NCBI GenBank assembly: GCA_963843575.1
Contig: CAWJKZ010000010.1
Location: 352,001 to 416,000 of the forward strand
Reading direction: 5' to 3'
Source: an uncultured Acidobacteriota bacterium
Lineage (GTDB): Bacteria > Acidobacteriota > UBA6911
Length of the DNA stretch: 64,000 nucleotides
Of the stretch, positions 44,188 to 53,376 are shown in pieces. Position numbers and translations under genes: made by a program. The notes under the pieces were generated by a model. That model had not been told where the DNA came from, did no database searches, and saw nothing but the letters and a program-made list of their open reading frames with translations. The stretch's first letter is position 1. Each line of letters starts with the position of its first letter.

Positions 44188-44726
44188 CCCACACCGCGAG
44201 TATGCGGACGCCGTCCGCAGCCCATGTCGTCGAAAATATCCGTACGAGGAAATCCACCCAACCCGTTAATGTCTTAAATATGCACCTCGGGATCGGGCAG
44301 ATGCAAACACGAATCTTCGGATTGCTGTTCGCTGCATGGAATCGCGCGAATGCCGGGCGCAGCGGCCTTCCCGGTCCCGCTGCGGCCGCAATCGACCGCA
44401 CAATGGAGGTGAAAGTAGCAGCAGAAAAGCGGGGTGGGACGCGGATAAACGCTGGCAGAGCGAATCGTCAGTTCTGATCCGCGTTTCTCCGCGTGCATCC
44501 GCGTACCGCACCGGTCGTCTGGTGCATCCCCATGCCGGCCCGGATGCCGCCGCAGGGCCTTCCCGAGCGATTGGGCCTCTTGAATTTGGTTGCGGTAATT
44601 GAGTATTTTCTAGATGTTGTGTCTCCCCCTCGCTCATCTTATGCCAGCTCCTGTCGAGCATCGATCGCATGAGAAGGGCGTTTTGACGCCGAAGCTCTTG
44701 TCTTTGTCGAACCAGGGAGGTAGAAA

Positions 44727-45554
44727 ATGCTGCCAGGCAAGTCCGCGGCAGTTGTATCCGTCGTGCTCTGTATGGCCGTGCTTGCAGTGCCGGTCGTGCT
44801 TTACCCGGATGACAACTCTCCAATCGAAGTCGGCTACGCCGTGGTCACCCCGACCTCAGCCAACACTTCGGGTCTCGTCGTGTTCGAGACCTTTGGCCAG
44901 AAGCGAGGGAACGACACGACGCAGGCCGGTGTCATACCATCGGAGTTGACAACGGATGCGGTGGTTTTCGTCAACGCCAGCGGGAGGCTGTCCCGAAACC
45001 TGGGGGTGGCCATCGCCAACCCTGGCGCCATCGACGCCACCGTGAGGCTCACGCTTCGCGATCAGAGCGGTGCCGTCCTCGCCACAAGAGACATCACCGT
45101 GGCGGATAAGAACCAGAGAGCTCGATTCGTGACCGAGTTGTTCTCGGGGCAGCCCGATGTCCCCCAAGACTTCGAGGGTACTCTGCTCATTCACTCGTCA
45201 GTCCCGGTTGCCGTGATTGGACTGCGCTTCCGCGGCGATAATTTCAGCACGATTCCGACCACGAACCTTTCAGCGCCTGTCCCGCTGCCTGAAGTCGCTC
45301 CGGGAGTCGGTGGCGCAAGCGCAGTGATATTGCCTCATTTCGCAACCGGCGGCGGCTGGGCGTCGGAAATCGTTCTGGCCAACACGGGGGCTGCACCCCT
45401 GACCGTGAGGGTGGACGTATTCCGGCAGAGCGGTTCACCGTTGACGGTCAGCCTGAATGGTCAAACCCAAAGCAGTTTTCAGGATCTGACGATTCCCGCA
45501 GGCGGCGTGATTACGCTGGCCCCGCGGGACAACCAGGGCGATTCGGTTTTCTAG
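44727..45554 (+). CDS. Secreted hypothetical beta-sandwich protein
   Basis: RBS GGAGG, signal peptide, internally repeated (IA/VL)AN(P/T)G..TVR motifs. Confidence 0.7.
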   Translation: MLPGKSAAVVSVVLCMAVLAVPVVLYPDDNSPIEVGYAVVTPTSANTSGLVVFETFGQKRGNDTTQAGVIPSELTTDAVVFVNASGRLSRNLGVAIANPGAIDATVRLTLRDQSGAVLATRDITVADKNQRARFVTELFSGQPDVPQDFEGTLLIHSSVPVAVIGLRFRGDNFSTIPTTNLSAPVPLPEVAPGVGGASAVILPHFATGGGWASEIVLANTGAAPLTVRVDVFRQSGSPLTVSLNGQTQSSFQDLTIPAGGVITLAPRDNQGDSVF

Positions 45555-45744
45555 ACCTCCTGCGTGGGAAGCAGGGCGGCTGGGTTCGGTCGGCCGTTGC
45601 TCCCGCCTGCGCGCACCGGGTAGGATTCCTGCTCCTCTCCGCGGAACCGCGTGGGGCACTCCGCTGTGACAGTCACGATGCCATGCGCGCACACAAATAT
45701 GGACAGCAGGAGCGAAGCAGTGCAGAATCGGGTGCCAAAACCGC

Positions 45745-45834
45745 GGAGGAATGGCCGAGTGGTTGAAGGCGGCGGTCTTGAAAACCGTTAGGGGGGTAAC
45801 CCCCTCGTGGGTTCGAATCCTACTTCCTCCGCCA
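45745..45834 (+). tRNA. tRNA-Ser(TGA)
   Basis: GGAGGAA acceptor stem, D loop TGGCCGAGTGGTTGAAGGC, anticodon loop CTTGAAA, long variable arm, GTTCGAATCC, 3' GCCA. Confidence 0.97.
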
Positions 45835-45880
45835 CCACCTCTAGAATAAACATCTTGCATCCATTACTAGCCACAAATTT

Positions 45881-46141
45881 TCAAAAATGCTTGCGCTGCA
45901 ACTCCGTGCCCGGGTAAACGCGTACGCCCAAAGAAACTCCGGCGCTATCCGGTCCAGCCCGTCTGACGAGCTCCACCGTTTGCCCAATGCTCTCGCTCGT
46001 CTCGCCCGGTGAGCCCAGCAACAGGTCGAGCATGGCCACGATCCCTTGTTCCTTTGCCCAGTGTGTCGCATTAAGGATATCAGCCGGGCTCGGCGCAACA
46101 GGCGGCTGCATACGGTTTGTATTTATCAGTGCTGTCCGCAT
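45881..46141 (-). pseudogene. Internally deleted cobalamin-binding radical SAM gene remnant
   Basis: N-terminus ALINTNRMQPPVAP (TsrM-like start) joined directly to a late radical-SAM segment LLLGSPGET..GVRVYPGTEL; no CxxxCxxC. Confidence 0.7.
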
Positions 46142-46224
46142 AGGCGATTAGGCGGCCTGGGACGTCGGCCCGACGATGCTGTCCTCGGGGTCACGAGTTT
46201 GGCTCACCCTCGGCCTGGAACGTA

Positions 46225-46938
46225 TCACGAAGCTCCTGCCTCGACCGCGGCGACGCCAGTATCGTGCTGCACAACGCCGTCCTTCAACAGGATCCTGCGG
46301 CTTGCCATGTTCATGATGCTGGCGTCATGCGTGGAGAATATGAAAGTGACGCCGTTCTGTTGGTTAATGCGCTGCATGAGCTGAATGATCGCAGTTCCTG
46401 TTTCAGAATCCAGGTTCGCGGTCGGCTCGTCCGCCAGCACTATAAGAGGATCGGTAACCAGCGCGCGCGCAATCGCCACGCGCTGGCGCTGCCCGCCGCT
46501 CAGCTGATCCGGCTGGTGCTTCTGCTGCGGTTCCAGATCCACCGCGCACAGCATCTGCTTGACCCGGCGGGCCCGCTCCGCCGGCGGGCACCGTTTCAGT
46601 ATCAACGGGAACTCGACGTTCTCATAGACGTTGAGCACTGGGATGAGGTTGAAATTCTGGAAAATGAATCCGAGTGTATCCCTCCGGAGTGCGGTGGCCT
46701 TTTGATCGTCCAGATTGCTGACGGGCTGTCCGTGCACGTATACCTCCCCGGTGGTCGGCACGTCCAGGCAGCCTATCAGGTTGAGCATCGTGGTTTTTCC
46801 CGACCCAGAAGGCCCTACCACGGCAACAAACTCGCTCTTAGCGATGCGCAGATTGACATGTTTCAGGGCAGCAACGACAGTTTCACCGAGCTGGTAGGTC
46901 TTCCCCGCACCTACAAACTGCACCACCGGCTCCGTCAT
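46225..46938 (-). CDS. ABC transporter ATP-binding protein (LolD/MacB-like)
   Basis: GPSGSGKT, LSGGQRQRVAIARAL, LADEPTANLD, STHD. Confidence 0.95.
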   Translation of the reverse strand: MTEPVVQFVGAGKTYQLGETVVAALKHVNLRIAKSEFVAVVGPSGSGKTTMLNLIGCLDVPTTGEVYVHGQPVSNLDDQKATALRRDTLGFIFQNFNLIPVLNVYENVEFPLILKRCPPAERARRVKQMLCAVDLEPQQKHQPDQLSGGQRQRVAIARALVTDPLIVLADEPTANLDSETGTAIIQLMQRINQQNGVTFIFSTHDASIMNMASRRILLKDGVVQHDTGVAAVEAGAS

Positions 46939-46958
46939 AGCGATCTCCCTCGGGGGAT

Positions 46959-48119
46959 TCACATGTAGTATTTCAACCTTACGGTCACCGAGGACCGCAG
47001 TGGCAAAAGCCCGAATTCACCCCTCCCCCCACTGAAGTTCAGGAACAGGTCCGTACCGAATTCCAGGTGATCGCCGATCAGCCACGTAACAGCTGGCTGC
47101 AGGTATCCCGAACCGTCATCAAGGCAGACCAGGGACCGGGCGCCCCAGCTGAAGTCGTGCTTTTGCCGGTGGTAATATGCCGCGTATGCATAATTCCGGC
47201 GCAAAGTTCCCGGTCCGTATGCGCTCGCTAGCGCATCAGCCGGCTGAAGGGCCCCGGAATCCGAGTCGGACAATGCGCGCACCACATCGAACTCGGCTCC
47301 CGCCAACCCAGAGTCGTCGTGATAGTACTCGAGCGAAAACAGCCCCTTACCCAAAACCGACCTGTTGGCGCCCACGACGAACTTGCCGGTCAGGTCGTGC
47401 TGCCTCCTCTCGACGGTGGGGATTTCGCCCAAAACGGCTGGGTACGTCCGGGGGTTGTTCCAAACCAGTCCACCCTCTCCGTGCATGGTCCAGCCGCCTA
47501 GATTTCTTCTCACCGCTACTCCCAGGGTGCGCTCCCGCCGAGCGCTCCAAAAACCGTTGATATACGCTTCGGTACCGCCCCAGTACGAGTCCATCTGGAT
47601 GCCTGCGTAGGTGTCCCCCGAGTCCCGGACCGCCACAAACTTCGGCGCCACCCTCCCGAGCCGCCGCGAAACCACCAGCATGGGAACACCCGCCGCGAGG
47701 TAATCGGGACGCGACAGGTCGGTCTTGGGCTGTGCCGGGAACGTGGGGTTCCAATAATAAGAATACTGATCCGCATACCGCTCTACGCCGCCGGATACTC
47801 CCCACGTCCCCGGCAATTCCAGGCTCACGAACCCCTCGTCGAACCGGAGAGCATTGACGCGATCGCCGGCCAGGATTCCGTATGTCTGCAAGGTTCCACT
47901 CAGCCTGGCCGATCCGAGCGTTGCTGAACCCTTGCCCCGCAGTACCAGGAATGACTCCCAGCCGGGGACATCCTCATGGTTCGCGTTCTCTGTTGCATTG
48001 TTCAGCCTGCCGATCAGCTCGGCGCTGCCCGACAAGTCCTGGAATGCCCATGCGCCCATCCCCGCCCCCAGGGCCCAGACGCAACCGAGATTGATGAGGA
48101 AACGGCCCAGCTTGACCAT
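46959..48119 (-). CDS. Putative outer-membrane beta-barrel protein
   Basis: Signal peptide, amphipathic strands, FSLEYY, terminal VTVRLKYYM. Confidence 0.7.
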   Translation of the reverse strand: MVKLGRFLINLGCVWALGAGMGAWAFQDLSGSAELIGRLNNATENANHEDVPGWESFLVLRGKGSATLGSARLSGTLQTYGILAGDRVNALRFDEGFVSLELPGTWGVSGGVERYADQYSYYWNPTFPAQPKTDLSRPDYLAAGVPMLVVSRRLGRVAPKFVAVRDSGDTYAGIQMDSYWGGTEAYINGFWSARRERTLGVAVRRNLGGWTMHGEGGLVWNNPRTYPAVLGEIPTVERRQHDLTGKFVVGANRSVLGKGLFSLEYYHDDSGLAGAEFDVVRALSDSDSGALQPADALASAYGPGTLRRNYAYAAYYHRQKHDFSWGARSLVCLDDGSGYLQPAVTWLIGDHLEFGTDLFLNFSGGRGEFGLLPLRSSVTVRLKYYM

Positions 48120-48120
48120 G

Positions 48121-48882
48121 TTACTTCCTGATGCTCTCGACCGAGAAAATCCCTGGCGCCAGTTTCGCTTCTTTCATGCTTTCAATCGTGATCACGGTGA
48201 AGTCATTGTCCACCGACGCATCGCGCATCTCTATGCGGGATGCCCGCAAACGCCCCGCCAAATGCTTCCGCTCGCTGAACACGCATGTCTTCAGCAGCAT
48301 TCCAGAACGGGCGAAGTAGTCGAATTGCAGGGGGATGTAGGTCTCGCTTTCGACCATCATGCGGATCGAGTGATAGGTGACCCGCGGCGATTTCGCTGCG
48401 CAGCGCAGGACGTAGTGGCGCACGCCGTCATTCTCGACAGTTTTCTCGATTCCGACCTCGTAGTCGTCGCTGTATTCGGTGTCCATCAAGTCGTTGTTGG
48501 CGAAGGTGGAGTCCATGAAGGCCTCTTTGGACGACACTCGGATCGCGTTGGGCAGCCCCGGAATGGAGATCCAGACATTCCGGTCCTTGAAGAGGTAGTT
48601 CTTCCCGACCTCCGTGGGAGGCGACAGGAGGGCTACTATGCTGCCTATCCGTTTTGTCGCCTGCACGTGTATCCTGAAACTCCGTCCCCTCCCTTTCGGC
48701 GGATGGTCGACGAGTGTCATGTCCATCACGAGGGAACCGGGGAACATCGCTTCATCGAGTTCGCGGAGGACCTCCGGGCCTGTCATCGCAGTGCTGCGGG
48801 CCTGCCCGGAGCCGTCAGGCAGACTCGTAGCTATCCAAAGCAGGACGATGCCGACGGTGATGAGCATGCTTGCATGTTTCAT
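48121..48882 (-). CDS. Outer-membrane lipoprotein-sorting protein (LolA-like fold)
   Basis: FMDSTFANNDL, DYFARSGMLLKT, FSVESIR; signal or anchor at the N-terminus. Confidence 0.85.
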   Translation of the reverse strand: MKHASMLITVGIVLLWIATSLPDGSGQARSTAMTGPEVLRELDEAMFPGSLVMDMTLVDHPPKGRGRSFRIHVQATKRIGSIVALLSPPTEVGKNYLFKDRNVWISIPGLPNAIRVSSKEAFMDSTFANNDLMDTEYSDDYEVGIEKTVENDGVRHYVLRCAAKSPRVTYHSIRMMVESETYIPLQFDYFARSGMLLKTCVFSERKHLAGRLRASRIEMRDASVDNDFTVITIESMKEAKLAPGIFSVESIRK

Positions 48883-48886
48883 ACCA

Positions 48887-50119
48887 TCAGTCTCCGTGCA
48901 GGATTTCCACGATATTCACACCACGGGCGCGGATCGCGGCGCGCAATCCACCCAGCCACCCCGAAACCGCGCCCAGAACAAGGCAGCCCGCGTACTCGAT
49001 GGGCCGGCTGATCGTGTAAAAGCGGGGGCTGACCGGGATTGATGACAACTCCCCGACGTCCGTTGGGATGCCGTAGATGCCAAAGTACCAGCAAAACAGT
49101 GCACCCACGACGCAGCCCGCGACCGAGCCCAGCACGCCAATGAGGATTGACTCAGTCGAAACAAGCCCCAGGAGCATGTTTTTGGACATGCCGAGCGCGC
49201 GCATCGTGCCGAACTCGCGCATCCGCTCGAACACGGTCATGGACATGGAGTTGTTCATGATGAAGATCGAGATCAGCAGGAGGATTCCAAAAAAGAAGGC
49301 GAGGAAACGCGTGTCGATGAAAATGTCGGCCACCAGGGCGGTCTCGTAATGGCGCCAGTCGAAAAGCTCCAGTTGTTTCATGGCCGGCTCGCCGAGCTGG
49401 CGCTGCAAGTCGCGCAGCAGCGCTGCCGCATCATTCTCCCGGGCGGCCATGATGGCGATCTCCGTCGACTTGGAACCCATCTCCAGCAAGTCGCGGCCGA
49501 AAGCGATGGGGAGAAAAATGACGGTTTGGTCGAGCGAGTTGAACGGCGGCCGCACGATGCCGAGGACAGCGGCGTCCACGAGGTTCGGCACGTCGTAAAA
49601 CGTCCGCGCCTTCAAACGCACGGAATCACCGACCTTGGCGTGGAGGTCTCTCGCGAGGCGTTCCGTGATCAGGATCCCGGCGTCGTTCTCCTCCAGGTAT
49701 CGCCCCTGCTCGATGCACTCGGGAAGCAGGGAGACGGCCTTTTCCCTTTCCGGGGAGAAGGCCACTGCCGTCGTGTGCAGCACCTCTTCGCCTCTGGACA
49801 TGTAACAGAAGAAGCGGATCCGCTCGGATGCCATGCGCACCCGCGGATCGGAACGTACGATGCTTTCGACGCGGCCTGCCTCGGGAACGGCCAGCGTCAC
49901 CGGGAGCTTACGCGCGATCGTGTCATATCCCTTTGCATGGATCTGCAGGTGCGCAGTCCGATACCGTGTCGCTTTCGTCACTCCGTCCACGATCCGGAAC
50001 CGGTACACGCCGACGAAGAAAACGATCATGGACAGGCAGACAATAAAGGCGGCCATGTCCAGCAGTGTCCGTCTGGGATTCCGCAGCACATTACGGTACG
50101 CCAGCCACAGCAACTCCAT
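48887..50119 (-). CDS. ABC transporter permease (LolC/E-FtsX family)
   Basis: LAYRNVLRNPRRT, MTVFERMREFGTMRALGM. Confidence 0.92.
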   Translation of the reverse strand: MELLWLAYRNVLRNPRRTLLDMAAFIVCLSMIVFFVGVYRFRIVDGVTKATRYRTAHLQIHAKGYDTIARKLPVTLAVPEAGRVESIVRSDPRVRMASERIRFFCYMSRGEEVLHTTAVAFSPEREKAVSLLPECIEQGRYLEENDAGILITERLARDLHAKVGDSVRLKARTFYDVPNLVDAAVLGIVRPPFNSLDQTVIFLPIAFGRDLLEMGSKSTEIAIMAARENDAAALLRDLQRQLGEPAMKQLELFDWRHYETALVADIFIDTRFLAFFFGILLLISIFIMNNSMSMTVFERMREFGTMRALGMSKNMLLGLVSTESILIGVLGSVAGCVVGALFCWYFGIYGIPTDVGELSSIPVSPRFYTISRPIEYAGCLVLGAVSGWLGGLRAAIRARGVNIVEILHGD

Positions 50120-50133
50120 ACGACACCGTTCAA

Positions 50134-51351
50134 CTATTTGAAAGTGAGGGCTTTCAGCGGCTGCATCTTCCCTGCCAGATGCGCCGGGTAAAAGGCTCCC
50201 AGAAGCGACACCAGGATACCGACACAGAAACAGAAGACAGCGATCTGTCCCGAAAAGGTGGGGTAGATGATCCGGGCGATGCCATCGAGTTCCGGGCCCA
50301 TGTCGATCCCGCGAATCGCCACGATGCGGATTGCCACGGCACCGAGTGCCACACCCAGAAGCGACCCGATCAAGCCCACCAGTCCCGTCTCAGTCATTAC
50401 CATCGCCATCAGCGCCTTCCGCGACATGCCGATCGAGCGCATCGTCCCCAGGATACGAATCCGCTCGAACACCGAAATCAGGTGCGTGTTGACGATGCCG
50501 AAGGTGATCACAGCGACGATGATCGAAAACAGGATGACGATGACGGTGTTGACCCAGACAAGCCCCACGGCAACCTCCGCGTAAATGCTTTTCCACGGAT
50601 GCGCCCGGAGGCCTGCGCGGGAAAAAGAGGCGTTGAATGCAGCGACCATCGTGCCCGTCGACTCCGGGTCCTTCAGGCGGACCAGGATCGAACTGGACGC
50701 ACCCTGGACCTGGAGGAGAGTGCGGACCAATTCGATGCTCGCCAGGACGAGAAACTCGTTCTCGTCGGTCTTGTCCGTCTCGAAGATCCCTGCTACCGAG
50801 GCCTCTACTGCGTTGACGCCGCCGTTGCTGTTGTAAGCCATGAGGGTTAGCCGCGTTCCCGGATTGAGTTTGAGGTATGCCGCTGTAGGTTTGCCCAGCA
50901 GGATTTCGCCGGGCGCGTCCGGGAACCGGCCCAAGACCAGGGCCTGCCTGTACCGGGTGTTCCACCTCAGGTCGCGGGTGTCCACTCCACGGATCAGAGC
51001 ATCAGCTGATTGATCGGGACCCAGGATCATGCCGCCGCATACTAGCTCCTCCGTCGCTGCGTCCACCCATGGGTTTGCCCGTACGGACCGGAGCGCCGCC
51101 TGGGGATCCTCCACAAGCAGGCTGACGGGAAGAGTCGAGGCCTGCTCGAGATAGCCCTGCCGCTGGATGCAGATGTGTCCGATCGTGTCGAAGGCCAACG
51201 CCAGGAACATCTGCTTCATCCCGAGGAGAAAGCCCAAGGCAAAGGTCAAAACCGCGATGCTCAGGGCCACCGCGCTCAGCACGGCGACGGAGCGATGCCT
51301 GTCTTTGACGGCGTGACGAGCCGCCACCTTCAAAACCGTTCCGCCTCCCAT
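50134..51351 (-). CDS. ABC transporter permease (LolC/E-FtsX family)
   Basis: SVFERIRILGTMRSIGM, YPAHLAGKMQPLKAL. Confidence 0.92.
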   Translation of the reverse strand: MGGGTVLKVAARHAVKDRHRSVAVLSAVALSIAVLTFALGFLLGMKQMFLALAFDTIGHICIQRQGYLEQASTLPVSLLVEDPQAALRSVRANPWVDAATEELVCGGMILGPDQSADALIRGVDTRDLRWNTRYRQALVLGRFPDAPGEILLGKPTAAYLKLNPGTRLTLMAYNSNGGVNAVEASVAGIFETDKTDENEFLVLASIELVRTLLQVQGASSSILVRLKDPESTGTMVAAFNASFSRAGLRAHPWKSIYAEVAVGLVWVNTVIVILFSIIVAVITFGIVNTHLISVFERIRILGTMRSIGMSRKALMAMVMTETGLVGLIGSLLGVALGAVAIRIVAIRGIDMGPELDGIARIIYPTFSGQIAVFCFCVGILVSLLGAFYPAHLAGKMQPLKALTFK

Positions 51352-51355
51352 CGAC

Positions 51356-52069
51356 TCACCGCGCGCCTTTCGATGACGTCAACTTTCCTTCGAGTTCCGG
51401 CAGCAACCTGTTCGGTTTTCCATCCATCTCGTCGAAGAGATCGAATTCATAAAACGGGACCTTGATCCTGCGCCGGTTGAGCTGGCGGCTGAGGAATCCT
51501 ATGAAGATCCCGGGGCCCGGCCTGGATACCTTCCGCAGCACCTCGTTCTGCTCGTCCGCGGTAACCTTGTCGATTTCCACCTTGGAGCTCCACTCGAAGT
51601 ACTCGCGCAGATCCGGGTGAGAGGTCACCGCACATGTCGGCGAACCGCGGATCCCGACTATCCCGACGACGTTCATGCCTTCCCTCAGGTAGTCGGCAAT
51701 CTCCCTGGCGGTGTATCTGGCAACCCAGCGCATCCTCCAGTTCAGGACGAAGAGATACAGCGGCATCAAGAACGCGAACACGGCATGGACGATCTTGCAT
51801 CTGCCCATTCCGTGAAACTGGTACACGTGCTTTTTATAGATGCCGCCCCAGGCCACCCTCTCGGGGCAGATCATCTGGATGACACCGCAGTCCGTCCTCG
51901 CGACAAGAAGGCGGAGGATCTCGGGATTCACTCCCTTTGCGAATGCGCCGCCCATGTAACGCGTGTTAGCGTTGAGCAGACAGTGAGACAGGAAGAGCAC
52001 CCGGTTGCCGCGCCGGTCGCTCAGCCGCTCACGCAGGGTGCACATTGTTCTTGGAAACAGCGTTTTCAT
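51356..52069 (-). CDS. DUF523/2-thiouracil desulfidase (TudS)-related Fe-S protein
   Basis: SHCLLNANTRY, QMICPE, GSPTC, GPGIF: three conserved-looking Cys. Confidence 0.7.
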   Translation of the reverse strand: MKTLFPRTMCTLRERLSDRRGNRVLFLSHCLLNANTRYMGGAFAKGVNPEILRLLVARTDCGVIQMICPERVAWGGIYKKHVYQFHGMGRCKIVHAVFAFLMPLYLFVLNWRMRWVARYTAREIADYLREGMNVVGIVGIRGSPTCAVTSHPDLREYFEWSSKVEIDKVTADEQNEVLRKVSRPGPGIFIGFLSRQLNRRRIKVPFYEFDLFDEMDGKPNRLLPELEGKLTSSKGAR

Positions 52070-53288
52070 GACACTCCAGCGGGTTGCGCCAGCGGCATGC
52101 GACCGCGTAGTCCATGCAGCGCCGGAACATCTCGTAGTCGACTTCCGGGCAGCGCACGACGCTGTCGGCTTCCAGGATCGCGTCCGCCCGGGCAGTATCG
52201 AACTGCCGGCTATCGCTCATGTAGGGCAGGTAGACCCGACAGAAGTTCTCGTAACGCCGTTCCAGCGCGGTCTTGGGCGCGGCCGGGAACACCTCGGCCG
52301 TGCAGACACGGCTTCCTTTCAGACCGAGATAGTGCTGGCCCCAGGCGACCAGTGTCTCCAGGGTACAGGGATGCTTGTTGACAAGGTGGTACATGCCGGA
52401 ATCGGCCGCACGGGTCATGATGGCGCGAAAAGCCTCCACGACGAAGTCGATCGGGACAAGGTTGATGACCCCGCCGGTGTCAGTTCCCGTGTCGAACCGG
52501 ATAGGGACTTCAAGAGTCCCGTCGGGCTCCTGCCGGATACCGAGCCTCGAGGCAAGCCGCCCCTGGTTTTCGGCAAAATCCTTGCGGAATTCGTTCGCGA
52601 GGTACTCTGCCACCTTGACCGGGTAGTACATGGCGTTGAAAAGCAGCGTCCTGCCGCGTTTGGAGTCGCCGATGATGACGGAGGGCCGGTAAATGGACAG
52701 GCGGATGCCGGAACCTTCACAGGCGTCAATCAGAAGCTTTTCAGCTTTGTTCTTTGATGCTTCGTAGGCGTTGTGAAAACCTTCCGGTTCCCGCCATGAC
52801 TCGAGGCACAGGCCCACTACCTTCCCGACACAATATGCCGTGCTGAGGTAGTGAATGACCGAGCAACAGCCGGCCTGCGCCAGCTCGAGGACCCGTCGCG
52901 TCCCTCCAACGTTGATTTCGTACGTCGTCTCTTTGTCTTTCTCCTGGAAGCTGGTGTAAGACCCGCAGTGCACAATCTCGTCGACCTGGCGCGCGAGATC
53001 GAGGAAATCAGCCGGTGCGCATCCCAGTCTCTCCCTGCTCAGCTCGCCCTCAACGATCTGAAGCTCGGGACCGGACTCAATGCCGTGCCACTCAAGGACT
53101 CTCCGGACCCGCTCCCGGGCGCTGTGTTCCTTCCCCGCACGTGCCAGCACAACAACGCGGTACCCGTCGCGGAGTAACGACGCTGCGACATGGCTGCCCA
53201 CAAATCCGGTCGCGCCGGTCAGGAAAACCACAGCAGAGCGGTTCTGGCGCGCTCTCTGGATCTCCGAAACAGATGCCCTCATCACCAT
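52029..53288 (-). CDS. Extended SDR, thioester-reductase/fatty acyl reductase-like
   Basis: VFLTGATGFVGS, NVGGT, STAY, YEASK, YRPSVIIGDS, NLVPIDFV. Confidence 0.85.
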   Translation of the reverse strand: MVMRASVSEIQRARQNRSAVVFLTGATGFVGSHVAASLLRDGYRVVVLARAGKEHSARERVRRVLEWHGIESGPELQIVEGELSRERLGCAPADFLDLARQVDEIVHCGSYTSFQEKDKETTYEINVGGTRRVLELAQAGCCSVIHYLSTAYCVGKVVGLCLESWREPEGFHNAYEASKNKAEKLLIDACEGSGIRLSIYRPSVIIGDSKRGRTLLFNAMYYPVKVAEYLANEFRKDFAENQGRLASRLGIRQEPDGTLEVPIRFDTGTDTGGVINLVPIDFVVEAFRAIMTRAADSGMYHLVNKHPCTLETLVAWGQHYLGLKGSRVCTAEVFPAAPKTALERRYENFCRVYLPYMSDSRQFDTARADAILEADSVVRCPEVDYEMFRRCMDYAVACRWRNPLECHENAVSKNNVHPA

Positions 53289-53376
53289 ACAAGAAACCAG
53301 ATCTCTGATGGCGTCTGACAGCGCATCCGAGCGCTGTCAGAGCGGCATAGAACATCGGGCGGACGCCCCGGAGCAG

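Noticed and set aside
45745-45834. Selenocysteine or suppressor tRNA
   Set aside because: The anticodon is TGA (reads UCA, Ser), not TCA, and the acceptor stem is a normal 7 bp.
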